From Terriglobia bacterium (GTDB taxonomy: Bacteria; Acidobacteriota; Terriglobia; 2-12-FULL-54-10), in assembly GCA_963666975.2 (NCBI GenBank), contig CAXVYR010000004.1, positions 1,632,001 to 1,696,000 on the forward strand: 64,000 bases of DNA. The letters run 5' to 3'. Of this stretch, positions 31,511 through 40,683 are shown one piece after another. How positions within the stretch are numbered: position 1 is the first letter of the stretch; every line of letters begins with the position of its first letter. Below the pieces are notes generated by a model, which was not told the DNA's origin, ran no database searches, and saw nothing but the letters and a program-made list of their open reading frames with translations. The translations under genes and the position numbers were made by a program.

Positions 31511-32742
31511 CTAGGAAGCGGAGGTGGGATAACGAGCAGACAAGGAAGGAGAGGTCAAATGCTTCCAGCCGGTAAAGGGAAGCAGTTCGGTTTTTTCTTC
31601 CGACAAGATAAAGGCGCGTTCGACGACGTGCTGCAGCTCGCGAACATTGCCGGGCCAGGGATGAGCCTCCAGCGCGCGGCTCGCCTCCCGGGGAAGGATT
31701 TTGCGCGGCCCGCTGGCTTGCCGGCACAGCGAGGCGAGGAAATGCCCGGCCAGCGGCACGATATCCGCCAGCCGCTCCCGCAACGGAGGCAGCTCAATCG
31801 GAAAAATCGCGAGCCGGTAGTACAGGTCCTGCCCGCCGCCACGCGCGCGGCCAGGTCCGTGTTGGTCGCCGCAATCACCCGCACGTCCACATGCGAGGTC
31901 CCCGTGCTGCCCAGCCGCTGCAGTTCCCCCTCCTGGAGAAAGCGCAGCAGCTTGGCCTGCATGCTGAGAGGAATCTCGCTGATCTCGTCCAGAAACAACG
32001 TGCCGCCACGGGCCGCCTGGATCCGCCCCATGCGGGACTGCACGGCGCCGGTGAACGATCCGCGCTCGTAGCCGAACAACTCCGCCTCCAGCAGTGTCTC
32101 CGGAATAGCGGCGCAGTTGATCACTACGAATGGGTTCTTGGCCCGCGCACTGAGTTGATGCAACGCTCGCGCCACCAATTCCTTGCCCGTGCCGGTCTCT
32201 CCGGCCAGCAGCACGGTGGTGGTGCGCGCCGCCACCAGCCGCACCATGCGGTACATGGCGGCCATCTTCGGGCTGGTTCCGATCATTCCCGGCAGCGGTT
32301 CCACCGCAACGGGCTGCTCTTGTTGGAACGCGGCGTTCGAGTCCACCTTGCCGGGCTGTTTGCGCGGAGGCCATCCGGGCGGGTTCCCCGAGACGCGGAA
32401 CAGCTCCCGCGCGCGGAGATGGCGGAGAGTGCCTTGCGGAAGCGGCGCCTGGCCGGTTTCCGAATCCATTAAGAAAATGTCGACTTCCGGATGGCGGGAT
32501 TTGACGATCTCCAGCAGCTCGCCGACCTCGAGGTCGGGCAAGGAGCGGTCTACCAACAGGGCGTGACACGGGCCGGCGTCCAGTTTGGCCAGGGCTTCGG
32601 CTCCTCCCTGAGCTTCCTCGGCCAGCCAGCGGGCCGAGTGTAAGGTTTTCAGAATTCCTTGCCGATAGTCTTTATTCGGGCAAGCGACTATCGCAGCCAG
32701 AAACTGTGGTTCGTCGAGACAGATCGCCGGGGCCAGTGACAT
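31511..32742 (-). pseudogene. Sigma-54-dependent regulator (degenerate REC + AAA), frameshifted
   Basis: GETGTGKE, GSFTGA, LFLDEI. The frame breaks at VAAG|QDLYYRL (the xFR residues are missing), and no clear C-terminal HTH is present. Confidence 0.8.
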
Positions 32743-33192
32743 AGTTTCCCCTCGTCGTTTTCCCTGTGTCGTTTTCCCTCATCAGGGTTTGACTTGGTTG
32801 TGTTATTCCGTTTGCGAATCGCCAGTACGAATCGTCAATACGAAACACGAAAATACCACAGCCTTGTTTAGAGAACCGTTAGAGAGAGGTTAAATTCTCC
32901 TCATATCCTGCTTCCTCCCATATGGCTTCCCCGCAATCATCCGGAAGCTGAAATCCTGATCGCCAGGAGTGCCCATCACCAGTAGGGCCAACCTTGTTCG
33001 CCTCGGCAGTTTCCTGGCAGGGGATTCCGGTCCATGACCCACAGGCAACAAGATGCTCATGCCGCCAGATGGAAAACTGCCGCAGGGGAAGTGGGGCATC
33101 TCCCCCCTTCTGAGCCAACCGACGCTGCATGGCGGGTTCGCTTCGCACATGCAACAATTTGATATTAAATTAGGTTATATACTCGACAGCAA

Positions 33193-33207
33193 TGGCATGT
33201 CTTTTGC
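33193..33207 (+). promoter_or_regulatory. Candidate sigma-54 promoter
   Basis: TGGCAT-gtctt-TTGC, about 40 bp upstream of the small cytochrome c gene. Confidence 0.6.
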
Positions 33208-33248
33208 GGGAGCAAAGGCAGGTTTCTTAGCAGCTTTGGAGGTCGCTG

Positions 33249-33476
33249 ATGAAACGAACTAAGGTCTTCTTCGAGTTAGTCCTACTTACACTATTCCTTA
33301 TACCGATCATTGCCAGCATCACGGCCAGTTTTTCACAGGCCAAGCCGGAATTCGCCAAGAAGGAATCGAAAACCTGTACGGTTTGCCACGTTAAGCTGGG
33401 CTCCAAAGAGTTGAATGCTACTGGCAAATACTATAAGGAGCACGGTTCTTTAGAAGGATACGAACAGAAGAAGTAG
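33249..33476 (+). CDS. Small secreted monoheme c-type cytochrome
   Basis: GGAGG RBS, signal peptide, CTVCH heme motif, ELNATGKYY. Confidence 0.8.
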   Translation: MKRTKVFFELVLLTLFLIPIIASITASFSQAKPEFAKKESKTCTVCHVKLGSKELNATGKYYKEHGSLEGYEQKK

Positions 33477-33670
33477 TTGCAGAGGTTGGAAGGCTGGAAC
33501 GCATAGCAACGGCAACCGCGCGCGGGAAATGTTTCGCGCCGGTCGAACCACCCCGCGAGAGGAAGCAAGCCTCAGCATCGGATATTCCCTAACGGGGCGT
33601 GGCGAGCGGAATCAACTGTGGGGCTTCGCGACCGGCTGCCTCTATCTGTTCAACGGCGGAAGCGAGACCC

Positions 33671-34060
33671 ATGCCAAAAGTCGTGCAAATATCGCTTGAA
33701 GACCGCAGTTACGCCGAGCAGCTCTCTCGATGCTTGCGGGAGGATGCGACCTTTGAGGATTGCGAGATTGTTCTGAGCAAAATCAAAGAGAGCCCTCCGG
33801 AGGTGTCCGATGGGGTTCGCGTGATCGACGCCGCAAGCCTGCAAGCGCTTCCCCAGCCGCTGTTGAACCCTGCCAAGACACTGCTGATCGCCTCGGGCTT
33901 TGTCAATCTGACGCAGGCATGGGAGGTAGGCATCGTTTCCGTACTCAAAAACAGCGAGCCGATGGAGTACGTCAAGCTGGCCATCCTGGCAGCGCTTCTC
34001 CGTCCCGGGAAGCCTCCTCTTACCGGCTCCCCTCGCAGTCAGCCTAATTATTCTGGCTAA
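33671..34060 (+). CDS. Hypothetical protein (possibly a degenerate receiver-like fold)
   Basis: 129-aa ORF from ATG 33671; AWEVGIVSVL segment. Confidence 0.55.
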   Translation: MPKVVQISLEDRSYAEQLSRCLREDATFEDCEIVLSKIKESPPEVSDGVRVIDAASLQALPQPLLNPAKTLLIASGFVNLTQAWEVGIVSVLKNSEPMEYVKLAILAALLRPGKPPLTGSPRSQPNYSG

Positions 34061-34339
34061 GCATGAAGTTGCCCCAACCAAAGGGAATCGAATCTCTTCC
34101 CAGAACCCAATTTCACGTCCCTTCGTGGCAGGCATCTGAAGCTTAGCTTGCTTGGTGTAGCTATTGGTTTGGTCAACTGCTGCGTGATTTCACGCAGCCA
34201 ACGCCCAACTGAATTACTCCTTATTGCGATCCTTTTTATAATCTGCAAGTTGGATTGGCAGGCAGCTGGACCCCGGCGTGCATATTCACGACTCTAGGTC
34301 CGGAATTCTATGTCCGGGTTCTAAGCGCGGATTGGAAGG

Positions 34340-35491
34340 ATGGCGAGCCCCCCCGGTAATTTCGAACTTGAGTTTATGAAAACGGCATATCATCCACGGC
34401 TCTCCTGGCGCTGGAAAGCACTGATCCCTTTGTTGGTCTCAGCGGTGGTGGGGATGCTGCTGACGATGTACTCCGTGCGTTCTTTGCTATGGGAGCAGCA
34501 CCTCGTTTTGCAACATCACATCCTGGTGGGCTCAGTGATTCTGGGCCTGGTTCTGGTCATGCTGGTGGTTTTGATGGTCCTGGTGCATCGTCCGCTTTCG
34601 GAATTGCGCCGAACCATCGCCCGCACCCGCCAGGGTGACTGGCCGGCACAGGTCAGTTTTGCCGAGCGTGCCGACGAGATCGGCGCGCTGGGCTCGGACT
34701 TCAACGAGATGGTTCACCATCTCAAAGAAAACTGCGAGCGCTGCGACCTGCTGCACCGCGCGGAGATGCGCGAGGCGGAACACCTGGCCACGCTGGGCGA
34801 GGTGGCCGCCGGGCTGGCGCACGAGATCAAGAATCCTTTGGCGGGCATCAGCGGCGCGGTGGAAGTCGTAGCCAGCCAGTCTCCTTCCCACAGCCCCACA
34901 CGGGAAATTCTCGGAGAGGTGCAGGGAGAGTGTGACCGCATCGAGAAGCTGGTGAATGACCTGTTAGACTACGCTAAGCCCAAGAAACCTGCGATGGTCC
35001 TCGCCGACTTGAACGCCACGGTGGAATTAGCCGGCCAATTCGGCCGCCAGATGCTGGGCGACAAGGACCTCCGGTTTGAGACCGATCTCGATCCGGAGAT
35101 ACCGAAGATACTGCATGACCCGCAACTGATCCAGTAGGTTTTCCTGAATCTTATTCTGAACAGCGTGCAGGTGCTGCAACCAGGAGGCAGCATCCGAGTC
35201 CAGACCCGCTTCGTGCCGCAGAACGGCACGGCAGAGGTGACGGTCACCGATAGCGGCCCGGGAATTCCTCCCAACCTGCTGCCCCGAATTTTCCAGCCGT
35301 TTTTCACCACCAAGGGGGCGAACGGCACGGGGCTGGGATTGAGCCTGTCGAAACGCATCATGGAACAACACGGCGGCGGCATTCGCGTCAACAGCATTTT
35401 AGGAAAGATGACGGAATTCACAATCCGGTTGCCGGTTGCGACGCCGCAGCGCGTGACGCAACCGAGTGCCCAGGCAGTGACAAGACAATGA
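34340..35491 (+). pseudogene. HAMP sensor histidine kinase with in-frame TAG at 35135-35137
   Basis: AHEIKNPL H-box. After LIQ* the same frame continues VFLNLILNS...DSGPG..FQPFFTTK..GTGLGL. Confidence 0.88.
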
Positions 35492-36972
35492 ACGCACATA
35501 TCCTGATCGTCGATGACGAGCGGCTGGTGCGCTGGACGCTCCGAAAGAAATTTGAAGAGTGGGAATACACGGTGACCGAAGCGGAAACGGCCGCCGGAGC
35601 GCTGGAACAGTGGCGCGCGCAATCGCCCGACTTGGTGATGCTCGACGTGCGCCTGCCGGACCGCAGCGGCGTGGAACTGCTGACCCAGATGCGGCCGGAG
35701 AGCGAGCACACGGCGGTGATTATGGTGACGGCCGATCCGCAATTGGAGGATGTAAAAACGGCCTTGCGGGCCGGCGCGCACGATTTTTTGACCAAGCCGT
35801 TCCACTTCGACGAACTGCGCGTGACCTTGCAGAACGCGCTGGAAGCCTGCCAGTTGCGGCAGGAAGTGGCAACCTTGCGGGGAGAAGTGCGCCGCCAGAG
35901 CAAGCCGCCCGAGGTGGTGGCCCAGTCTCCCTCGATGGTTCAACTGATGGAGTTTGTCCACAAGGTGGCCCGCAGCGCCGCCGCCACACTGCTGATCCAG
36001 GGGGAAAGCGGCACGGGGAAGGACCTGGTCGCCAAAGCCATCCACATGACCAGCAACCGCCAGGACAAGGCCTTCGTGCCGATTAACTGTTCGGCGATCC
36101 CGGAAACCTTGCTCGAAGCCGAGCTGTTCGGGCACGAGCGCGGGGCCTTTACCGATGCCAAAGCAATGAAGCGAGGCCTGTTTGAAGTGGCCGACCAGGG
36201 CACGCTGTTCCTGGATGAAATCGGCGAATTGCCGATGGTGCTGCAGGCCAAGCTGTTGCGGGTGCTCGAGGACCAGACCTTCCGCCGCATTGGAGGGCTG
36301 CGGAACATCACAGTGGATACGCGGGTCATCGCCGCTTCCAACCGCGACCTGGAACACGCCGTGCAAGAAGGCCGCTTTCGCGAGGACCTGTTCTATCGCT
36401 TGACCGTCATTCCCCTGTTCATCCCGCCCCTGCGGGAGCGCAAGGAGGACATCCTGCCCCTGGCGGAACTTTTTGTGCGCCGCTACAGCCGCCGTCTCCA
36501 GAAATCGGCCCAGGGCATCAGCCCGGAGGCGCAGCAACTGTTCCTGCGATACCCATGGCCCGGCAACGTCCGCGAACTGAAAAACGCCATCGAGCGCGCC
36601 TTGATCCTGGAGGAAGGTCCTTGCATCCAGCCCCAATACCTGCCGGTAACGTTAGAGTCCCAGTCGGCAACAGAGGCTTTTCGTCCTAGTGCTCTGTGGC
36701 CGTCCGCGCAGCCGAGCCAGAGTTGGCGCGCGATGGAGAGCGGGCGCTACCTGCCCCCTTTGGAAATCCCCGACAAGGGAACTTCGCTCGAAGGAATCGA
36801 GAAGGAGCTGGTGCAGATGGCGCTGAAGCAAACTCGCGGCAACCAGACCCGCGCCGCCCGCCTGCTGGACATCAGCCGGGACGCCCTCCGCTACCGCATC
36901 AAGAAATTCTCGCTCGCCGAAGAGGAACGCCCGGCCACTGACACCCAGGCATCGAACCAAGCCGCGCGCTAG
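35488..36972 (+). CDS. Sigma-54-dependent response regulator (NtrC/AtoC type)
   Basis: REC, GESGTGKD, GAFTDA, WPGNVRELKN and Fis HTH; intact. Confidence 0.95.
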   Translation: MNAHILIVDDERLVRWTLRKKFEEWEYTVTEAETAAGALEQWRAQSPDLVMLDVRLPDRSGVELLTQMRPESEHTAVIMVTADPQLEDVKTALRAGAHDFLTKPFHFDELRVTLQNALEACQLRQEVATLRGEVRRQSKPPEVVAQSPSMVQLMEFVHKVARSAAATLLIQGESGTGKDLVAKAIHMTSNRQDKAFVPINCSAIPETLLEAELFGHERGAFTDAKAMKRGLFEVADQGTLFLDEIGELPMVLQAKLLRVLEDQTFRRIGGLRNITVDTRVIAASNRDLEHAVQEGRFREDLFYRLTVIPLFIPPLRERKEDILPLAELFVRRYSRRLQKSAQGISPEAQQLFLRYPWPGNVRELKNAIERALILEEGPCIQPQYLPVTLESQSATEAFRPSALWPSAQPSQSWRAMESGRYLPPLEIPDKGTSLEGIEKELVQMALKQTRGNQTRAARLLDISRDALRYRIKKFSLAEEERPATDTQASNQAAR

Positions 36973-37278
36973 GCAGCAGCCCCTCAAAACTTAAACATCG
37001 TCCTGAACTTCTTCTGCAAATCGACCTCGACCAAGCCTCTGCGCCGGACTTTTTGAGCTTCACTGCCCTTAGCGCCGAGTTTCAGTTCCTGGAAAAAGCG
37101 AGGAACAACTTGCGGCCGGGCAGGTTGTTGAATTTTTCCGCCAGTCCGGGCGCAGCTTCTCCGCACCCATCGGAGGCGCCGCCGGTATTACCCCCTCGTC
37201 GTCGGAGGAAGCCGGATATTTGGATATAATGTTAGGGCGATACAAATTCACAGCACTGCCAGCAAGGAGATTCATCAG

Positions 37279-37731
37279 ATGGCTCATGCACCGGGGAAAT
37301 TTTGCGGGGACGTAAACAAGGTTCGCTGGAGCTTGATTGCAGGCACCCTCACGCGAACGACCACCGAGGGCGGGATATGGAATACAACTGAAATGCCCGT
37401 CCAGCAAGTGATGGGGATCGAGAAGCTGACGATTGAGGAAAGCCGCCGGGCGCCGCTCGGCGTGCCGGTTACGTTATTTGCCGTGGCCCTTTTGGCGATT
37501 GCCGGATGGGCCGGCTCGATCCCCGTCGGCGTGATCGGGATGCTCTGCCTGTTTTGGGGCGTCCGGATGCTCCCCAAGCAGAAGGTCTCGCACGAAGCTC
37601 ACCGGCTGCTGGGCCCCGGTCTGGACCCGAAGGAATGGGTGCTGGTCGGCTCCGGCGCTGACGTCGCAGGCTTCCTCGATGCGCTCCAGTCCGAGCTGTC
37701 GCAAAAAACCGAGTCGGTGCAGACGCAGTAA
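37279..37731 (+). CDS. Hypothetical membrane protein
   Basis: AAGGAG RBS; two hydrophobic helices. Confidence 0.65.
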   Translation: MAHAPGKFCGDVNKVRWSLIAGTLTRTTTEGGIWNTTEMPVQQVMGIEKLTIEESRRAPLGVPVTLFAVALLAIAGWAGSIPVGVIGMLCLFWGVRMLPKQKVSHEAHRLLGPGLDPKEWVLVGSGADVAGFLDALQSELSQKTESVQTQ

Positions 37732-37819
37732 GAAAACGCGCCAGGAAAGAAAAACGGAAGGAAGAACGAAAGAAGGGAAAGCGGCAGGGCAACGGGAGTG
37801 AGCCAGCTCTGAAGCTTTT

Positions 37820-38725
37820 TTAGAAGACTCGGATCATCTTCAAGCCGCTGGCCAGCACCAGCAAGGCCATCCCGAACTTCAGCGGCCGGGCTGGAGTTAA
37901 GTAAGCCAGCCGGCTGCCCAGAATCACGCCGGGCAGGGAACCCAGCAGCAAGTTAGCCGCAAGCGGAATATCGACGGTCCCAATCTGCCAGTGCGTCACG
38001 GCGGCGGCGCTGACCAGCACCAGGGCATGGGCGATGTCGGTCCCTACGATGCTGGTGGCGGGAAGCCGCGACACCGCGATCAACGCCACGGCAATCAATG
38101 CCCCGCTTCCCACCGAGGTGAGCCCCACCAGGAAACCGACCCCAGCTCCCAGCAGGATGATCTTGGCGCGGTGCGCCCGCGGGTCAAACGGCTCCGATAC
38201 GCCATCCTCACGGCGGCGCTTCCGGTAGATTTCATGGATCAACGTAACGAAGGCGGCCAGGACCAGTACCCCGCCCAGGCCCATCCGCACCATTCCGTCC
38301 GCCGAGCCGTACTGCAGGTTGACGTAGTGGATCAGGTAGCTGGCTGCCACGGAGGCCGGAACGCTCCCGATGGCCAGGTATCGCACCCAGCCCCACTGGA
38401 TGCTGCCGCGCTTCCAGTGCTGGTGGGACCCAACCAGCTTGGTCACCGAGCCGTACAACAGGTCGGTCCCCACGGCCACCATGGGGCGCACGCCCAGCAA
38501 GATGAGGATCGGGGTAAGAACGGAACCGCCCCCGACGCCCGTCAGCCCCACCAGGAAGCCGACCACCAGCCCCACTAGAATAATGAGAAAGCGGAGTTCT
38601 GAGATCAGTTCTCCGGTGGACTGGGCCAACTCCGCCTGGAGGAAATGGAGCAACGCCGCCCCGGAGGGCACGTCGAACAGCGTCATCGCCGCTGCGTTGC
38701 CGGATTGTATGAGGCCGATTGCCAT
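37820..38725 (-). CDS. Sulfite exporter TauE/SafE family protein
   Basis: GFLVGLTGVGGGS, AVGTDL, VGLTSVGSG, IVGTDIAH. Confidence 0.92.
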   Translation of the reverse strand: MAIGLIQSGNAAAMTLFDVPSGAALLHFLQAELAQSTGELISELRFLIILVGLVVGFLVGLTGVGGGSVLTPILILLGVRPMVAVGTDLLYGSVTKLVGSHQHWKRGSIQWGWVRYLAIGSVPASVAASYLIHYVNLQYGSADGMVRMGLGGVLVLAAFVTLIHEIYRKRRREDGVSEPFDPRAHRAKIILLGAGVGFLVGLTSVGSGALIAVALIAVSRLPATSIVGTDIAHALVLVSAAAVTHWQIGTVDIPLAANLLLGSLPGVILGSRLAYLTPARPLKFGMALLVLASGLKMIRVF

Positions 38726-38758
38726 CGAATTTTCTGCGAGCTTCCTGAAAACCTGCGT

Positions 38759-38803
38759 AAAAACAAAAAACCCACCAACCGATTTGCCGGTTGGTGGGTT
38801 TTT
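38759..38803 (-). terminator. Intrinsic (attenuator) terminator between the Cys leader and the tauE-family gene
   Basis: CCCACCAACCG-gcaaat-CGGTTGGTGGG followed by TTTTTTGTTTTT on the minus strand. Confidence 0.85.
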
Positions 38804-38826
38804 GTAAGCCTGAATTAAGAAAAAAT

Positions 38827-38943
38827 CTAATTCAAACCACTACCCCCCGCGCCGGCAGACGTACAACAACACATACAACAGCACGCCATCTGGCCGCTGA
38901 CCATTGTCTGGGTGTTTGCCGGTTTGGAGTAGCAGAAACGCAT
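38827..38943 (-). CDS. Cysteine-rich leader peptide (MRFCYSKPANTQTMVSGQMACCCMCCCTSAGAGGSGLN)
   Basis: Six Cys codons within seven codons (38863-38883), directly upstream of a terminator and a sulfur-transport gene. The exact start Met is uncertain. Confidence 0.75.
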   Translation of the reverse strand: MRFCYSKPANTQTMVSGQMACCCMCCCTSAGAGGSGLN

Positions 38944-39193
38944 TGAACAAATAGTAATTGCTAAAAGCAAGCTCCATTCTAGGAGGCCCCCGTCTGGCGT
39001 GTCAAGCAAATAATCACCAAATTTTAAGCCATTTTTGCGCGTCACCGCTTTACCTGCCAGAAGGGGTTTTGCCTGCCGGGAGGGCGTTTCCCCCAGGCGT
39101 GGGCCGCCTGGTTTTATGAGTGAACATTTCCCTAGACAGCCAGGAACGGCGGGCATATAATGGCTGCCATCTGAGGTTATGGGTAAAAATTCA

Positions 39194-39244
39194 ATGCTCG
39201 AACGCACTCGATTTTACTTTTACTGGAGGTGGGCGGGCCGCTGA
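39194..39244 (+). CDS. Aromatic amino-acid leader peptide (MLERTRFYFYWRWAGR)
   Basis: F-Y-F-Y-W-R-W run upstream of a terminator and DAHP synthase; alternative in-frame ATG at 39179. Confidence 0.85.
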   Translation: MLERTRFYFYWRWAGR

Positions 39245-39269
39245 AAGGATTCAGCAGCGTTGAGTTCCC

Positions 39270-39306
39270 GCCCGCTCGGTCAGCCCGAGTGGGCTTTTTG
39301 CTTTTA
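39270..39306 (+). terminator. Attenuator terminator upstream of DAHP synthase
   Basis: GCCCGCTCGG-tcagc-CCGAGTGGGC-TTTTTGCTTTT. Confidence 0.85.
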
Positions 39307-39350
39307 GGGACGCTTTCCGGTCGAGGCGCGGCTTATCGCGGAGGCAAAAC

Positions 39351-40400
39351 ATGATTATATCAATGAAGCTAAGGGCCAGCAAACAGGAGGTGGAGCACGT
39401 CTGCCAGCTTCTCCGGGAATTTGGTTATAAAGCCCACACCATCCAGGGAGAGGAGCGGGTCGTCATCGGCGCCGTGGGCAAGCTGGAAAACAAGCAGCAG
39501 GTGATGAACTCCATCGAATCCGCGCCGGGCGTCGAGTCGGTGGTCGCTGTCAGCCAGCCCTACAAGTTTGTCAGCAAAGAATCGCAGCCGGGCAAGACCG
39601 TTCTCCGGCTCGATGGATGCTCCATCGGCGGCGCCGAGTTTGCCGTCATTGCCGGCCCGTGTTCGGTGGAGAGCGAGCAGCAGATACTGTCAACGGCAGA
39701 GGCCGTCAAGAAGGCCGGGGCCACCATCCTGCGCGGAGGCGCCTTCAAGCCCCGCACCTCCCCTTACGATTTTCAGGGCCTCGAAGAGGAAGGCCTCAAG
39801 TTGCTGCGAAAAGCAAAGGAGAAAACGGGGCTGGCCGTCTGCACCGAGGTGATGTCGCCACAGGATGTGGAGATGGTCGCCGAGTATGCCGACGTGCTGC
39901 AGATAGGCGCTCGCAACATGCAGAACTACACTTTGCTCAAGCGGGTGGGCAAGACGAACAAGACGGTCATGCTCAAGAGAGGACTCAGCGCCACGATCAA
40001 GGAGTTGCTGCTCTCGGCCGAATACATCCTGACCGGCGGCAATCCGAATGTCTTCCTGTGCGAGCGCGGCATCCGAACCTTTGAGACCTACACCCGGAAC
40101 ACGCTGGACCTGTCCGCCGTCCCGGCGCTGGCCGAGCTTACCCACCTGCCCATCATCGCCGATCCCAGCCACGGCACGGGGAAGCGTTCCCTCATCCCTC
40201 CCATGTCCCGTGCCAGCGTGGCCGCCGGAGCCGACGGGATCATGGTGGAGGTCCATACCAATCCGGAGAAGGCATTCAGCGACGGCGCACAAGCCTTGTT
40301 GCCTTCCGAATTCGACCAACTGATGCAGGACCTGAAACCTTACCTGGAAATCTGGAAAGCCACCCGCACGGCTGCCCAGGCCTCCGCCGTGGTCGCATAA
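39351..40400 (+). CDS. aroF: 3-deoxy-7-phosphoheptulonate (DAHP) synthase, type I-beta with N-terminal ferredoxin-like regulatory domain
   Basis: [44 protein letters not shown]. Confidence 0.95.
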   Translation: MIISMKLRASKQEVEHVCQLLREFGYKAHTIQGEERVVIGAVGKLENKQQVMNSIESAPGVESVVAVSQPYKFVSKESQPGKTVLRLDGCSIGGAEFAVIAGPCSVESEQQILSTAEAVKKAGATILRGGAFKPRTSPYDFQGLEEEGLKLLRKAKEKTGLAVCTEVMSPQDVEMVAEYADVLQIGARNMQNYTLLKRVGKTNKTVMLKRGLSATIKELLLSAEYILTGGNPNVFLCERGIRTFETYTRNTLDLSAVPALAELTHLPIIADPSHGTGKRSLIPPMSRASVAAGADGIMVEVHTNPEKAFSDGAQALLPSEFDQLMQDLKPYLEIWKATRTAAQASAVVA

Positions 40401-40415
40401 GCTGAGTGTCTCTGT

Positions 40416-40544
40416 AGGACGGAGGAAGCGGTCGAACTCACCCGCGAGGCGATTGACATTCACATCGAGAGCCTCCTGCAGGACGGCATCTCCGTGCCTT
40501 CGCCTAGCTCCGAGGGTGAGTTTGTGGAGGTGACTGCCGCCTGA
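40416..40544 (+). pseudogene. HicB-like antitoxin C-terminal remnant
   Basis: RTEEAVELTREAIDIHIESLLQDGISVP; no start codon. Confidence 0.55.
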
Positions 40545-40683
40545 CACGGCGTTGCAGTCGCGCTTCGGGTTGGAGGGGGTGGCGTTGAGAAAACCCACAG
40601 CGAGAAAAAGCACTCGCCGTGGCCACCCCGCTTCGGCCATACTTTTACCCCTTCCTTGATTGCGTCCGTTGCATAAGCTGTGA

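Noticed and set aside
35135-35137. Pyrrolysine or TAG recoding
   Set aside because: The site corresponds to a conserved Gln (CAG to TAG), TAG is used as a normal stop elsewhere (e.g. fliC), and no pyl genes are seen.
38827-38943. Cys-rich sORF as a metallothionein or RiPP precursor
   Set aside because: No modifying enzymes nearby; its position before a terminator and a sulfur-transport gene fits attenuation better.
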